Below, piece by piece: positions 61,739-64,000 of a stretch of DNA of 64,000 nt. The notes under the pieces are model-generated. The model made no database searches. It worked only from the letters and a program-made list of their open reading frames with translations, and was not told where the DNA came from. The stretch comes from Yuukianura sp. NJ FZ-2021 (lineage: Eukaryota), in the NCBI GenBank assembly GCA_046563655.1, contig CM102290.1:2170001-2234000 (forward strand), written 5' to 3'. The position numbers and the translations under genes were made by a program. The first letter of the stretch is position 1; every line of letters begins with the position of its first letter.

Positions 61739-64000
61739 CTTAGGTTAGGCTAGTGAGGAACTTAGAACCGTAGGCGCTCCGTGACCTCTGTTCCGTTTTC
61801 GTACTAGAGAAATCGATTTGGAGTTGAAATTTTCCCTCTTTCGCCTTTCGTTAACGGCATTTTAAAAAGAGACATTTGGCAGAAGGGAAGCTCCTGCCGC
61901 CACCAGCGTTTTTGAGAGTAAAGATGCTCGTATTTTTTGGTACTAAAAATTTACTGCTTCAACGACTTTTAACTAGAATGCTCATTCGACTGTCGCGAAA
62001 TTGAAACTTTGTTCACTCACTTTTAAAAAAAGACGAGAATGGGATAGAGAAGTTAAAAAAAGAAGTTTGTCATTATTTTTTTTTATACCCCCCGGGTATT
62101 ATGTTTGACGTGAACTGAAAAATGTTCAAAAAAGTTTTGTTTAAAATATTATTGTAATTTGAAGAAAAAAAAACTTCGGCTTTTTTGACAACCCACGAAA
62201 TGAGTCTGCTGAGCTTTGAATTTTTTTGTGAGAAATAAGTCTTTTTCTGAAGACTTTTCTCTGAACTTAAGAATAGCCGAAGTGAAGTTTGTCCGAAAAA
62301 AATCGTGAATGTTCACTCCAGTGAAAGTTTATTTTTCACTTGAGAGTCGTAAACCAATTTTCAATTTTTCTCTGTCGGAAATGAACTGTTTTGGATTCAG
62401 GTGATGCTGCATGATGTGTGGATGTCAGAAAGTTGTTTTTGGTGCCTATGTACTTGCGCCCTCACAACTATTTAGTTCTGCATATGCGCCAATACGCTTC
62501 TGGAAACCAAAGTGCAGTTGCATGCCGTCATATTCGAATAATTTTTGGGAAATGAAGTATAATCTTGAGATCAGACAATAGAGAAAAGAGAGTCCATTGA
62601 AATGGATATGCTGCTCCATTTTTCCGGATAAATAATGGCGCCGTAGGGATTGCTTTCCTGTCCTATGCTTTGTTCAAACAACTCTCACTAAATCGCATTC
62701 CTGGATCTACAGCATCATTCACAAGTTTTTGTGGTTGACTTTGGTACGTTCTTAGGCATAGATGTTTGTAGGAGTAAAATTCTGGGCAAGGTTGTAAACA
62801 ATTTTTTTCCGAAATTTTGATTTCTTTTTCGTTTGACCCAAAAGTTCTTAATTTATTGTGGGCATAAAATTTGGATTTCCCTTGGTCCAATTCCAAATGG
62901 GCCAATTTTGGGGCAGACACAACTGCATTACTATTTGCAATTGCAAGGATTGCAGTTTTCTTGTTTTTCTGATTTCTCATTTTCATGCAACCATGAAATG
63001 AAATTGGTTGCAATTTTTGTAAATTGAGGAAGACCTCTATTAGTCAGAGTAGGGCGAACATTTCTTTTTGTTTCTATCAAAGTTTCGTCCAAAAATTTCG
63101 GAATAACTTAAAACGGTACTGTTCTGTCACCCAGTGGTTTCTAAACGAAATAATTTTGGAAAAAGAAACTCAGTGGTGAAAGTTCAGTTCCGTCCAGGTT
63201 CCACTTTCTCTCGTCGGATGGCGGGATTGAATGGAAACTAATTTCGAAAGTGAAAGTTTCACAACTTGGCCGAACTTCGTCTAAACTCTTTGGAGAAGTT
63301 AAACTCTTTTTCTCAATTTAATAGAAACCTGGTTTTGAAAAATGCAGATTTCAAATTGTATTTTGTTCACATAAGAAATTAAGGCGGCTTTGTTTTTAGA
63401 AAAATTTCCGAATAATTCAGAACGTCAGTTTTTAAATTTTGTAAATGAGAAAATCATCTCTGGTTTGTTTTAGCTTTATTTTTTGAAAGTAAGTTTTGAT
63501 GTATGTTGTGTAAGATAAGATAAGATGTTCACTTTGTTTTGGTATTACAATGTTAGGATTACGCAGTGAAAGTGGAGTATCTGAAATTGGCTTGAAAAAA
63601 AGAGAAAGTATGGATAAAAACGTGCGGAGTGGGTCTGATTTCAATTAGCTCGAAGTGTTCGTCACCCTTAGGCAGTTCCGTTTCCTCCGAAGTCAAGGCG
63701 CAATTTGTGAAATTGTTTCGGTTACTCCCATTAATTGCTCAACCGTTGTATAGTTTTGGTTCTGCCATGAAAATTGGAAGGTTTGTTTTCTTTTTGTCTA
63801 AGAACGCCTGCGTCTTCCGCAGTCTCCACAGCAGATGAAGGTGGCTTGGCTGGTTCAGAGATTTTGAGAGCCAAAATGGAACTTTCTTCCTCTTTTTTTT
63901 TTGTCTTGGGGGATGGATTTGGTTTCTGGTTCTCAAGGAAAGCAGCCTCATTTTGAATTTCGTCTTGTTCAGAACGAGACGCTTGCCTCACAAATTGAAC

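Noticed and set aside
17700..64000. True CRISPR array or repeat-spacer array
   Set aside because: No conserved direct repeat separates the fragments, there are no cas genes, and the sequence is eukaryotic.

Overview
Eukaryotic, AT-rich, compact-intron arthropod-type sequence. The citrate-carrier and SNF5 termini resemble insect orthologues; a collembolan or similar compact genome is only my guess. The first ~17.3 kb holds four tightly packed spliced + strand genes: a large C2H2 zinc-finger/AT-hook/PHD protein (MESR4-like architecture), PIG-L, SNF5/SMARCB1 (Snr1) and the mitochondrial citrate carrier SLC25A1. A divergent gene may leave the left edge. The remaining ~46 kb has no recognisable gene and no autonomous transposon ORF. 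It carries several small non-autonomous DNA elements (DINE-1/HINE-like, hAT-type MITE, other fold-back MITEs, tRNA-like repeats) and looks strand-skewed. A/T-homopolymer-rich spacer DNA alternates with ~0.2-0.5 kb islands that read like concatenated 50-100 nt coding fragments, mostly antisense. One fragment can be traced directly: 58639-58729 is a perfect 91-bp inverted copy of a coding exon (4088-4178) of the zinc-finger gene 54 kb away. My lead hypothesis (inference, untested) is that this region is a sequence-capture locus, a uni-strand piRNA-cluster-like archive of short host and possibly viral fragments.
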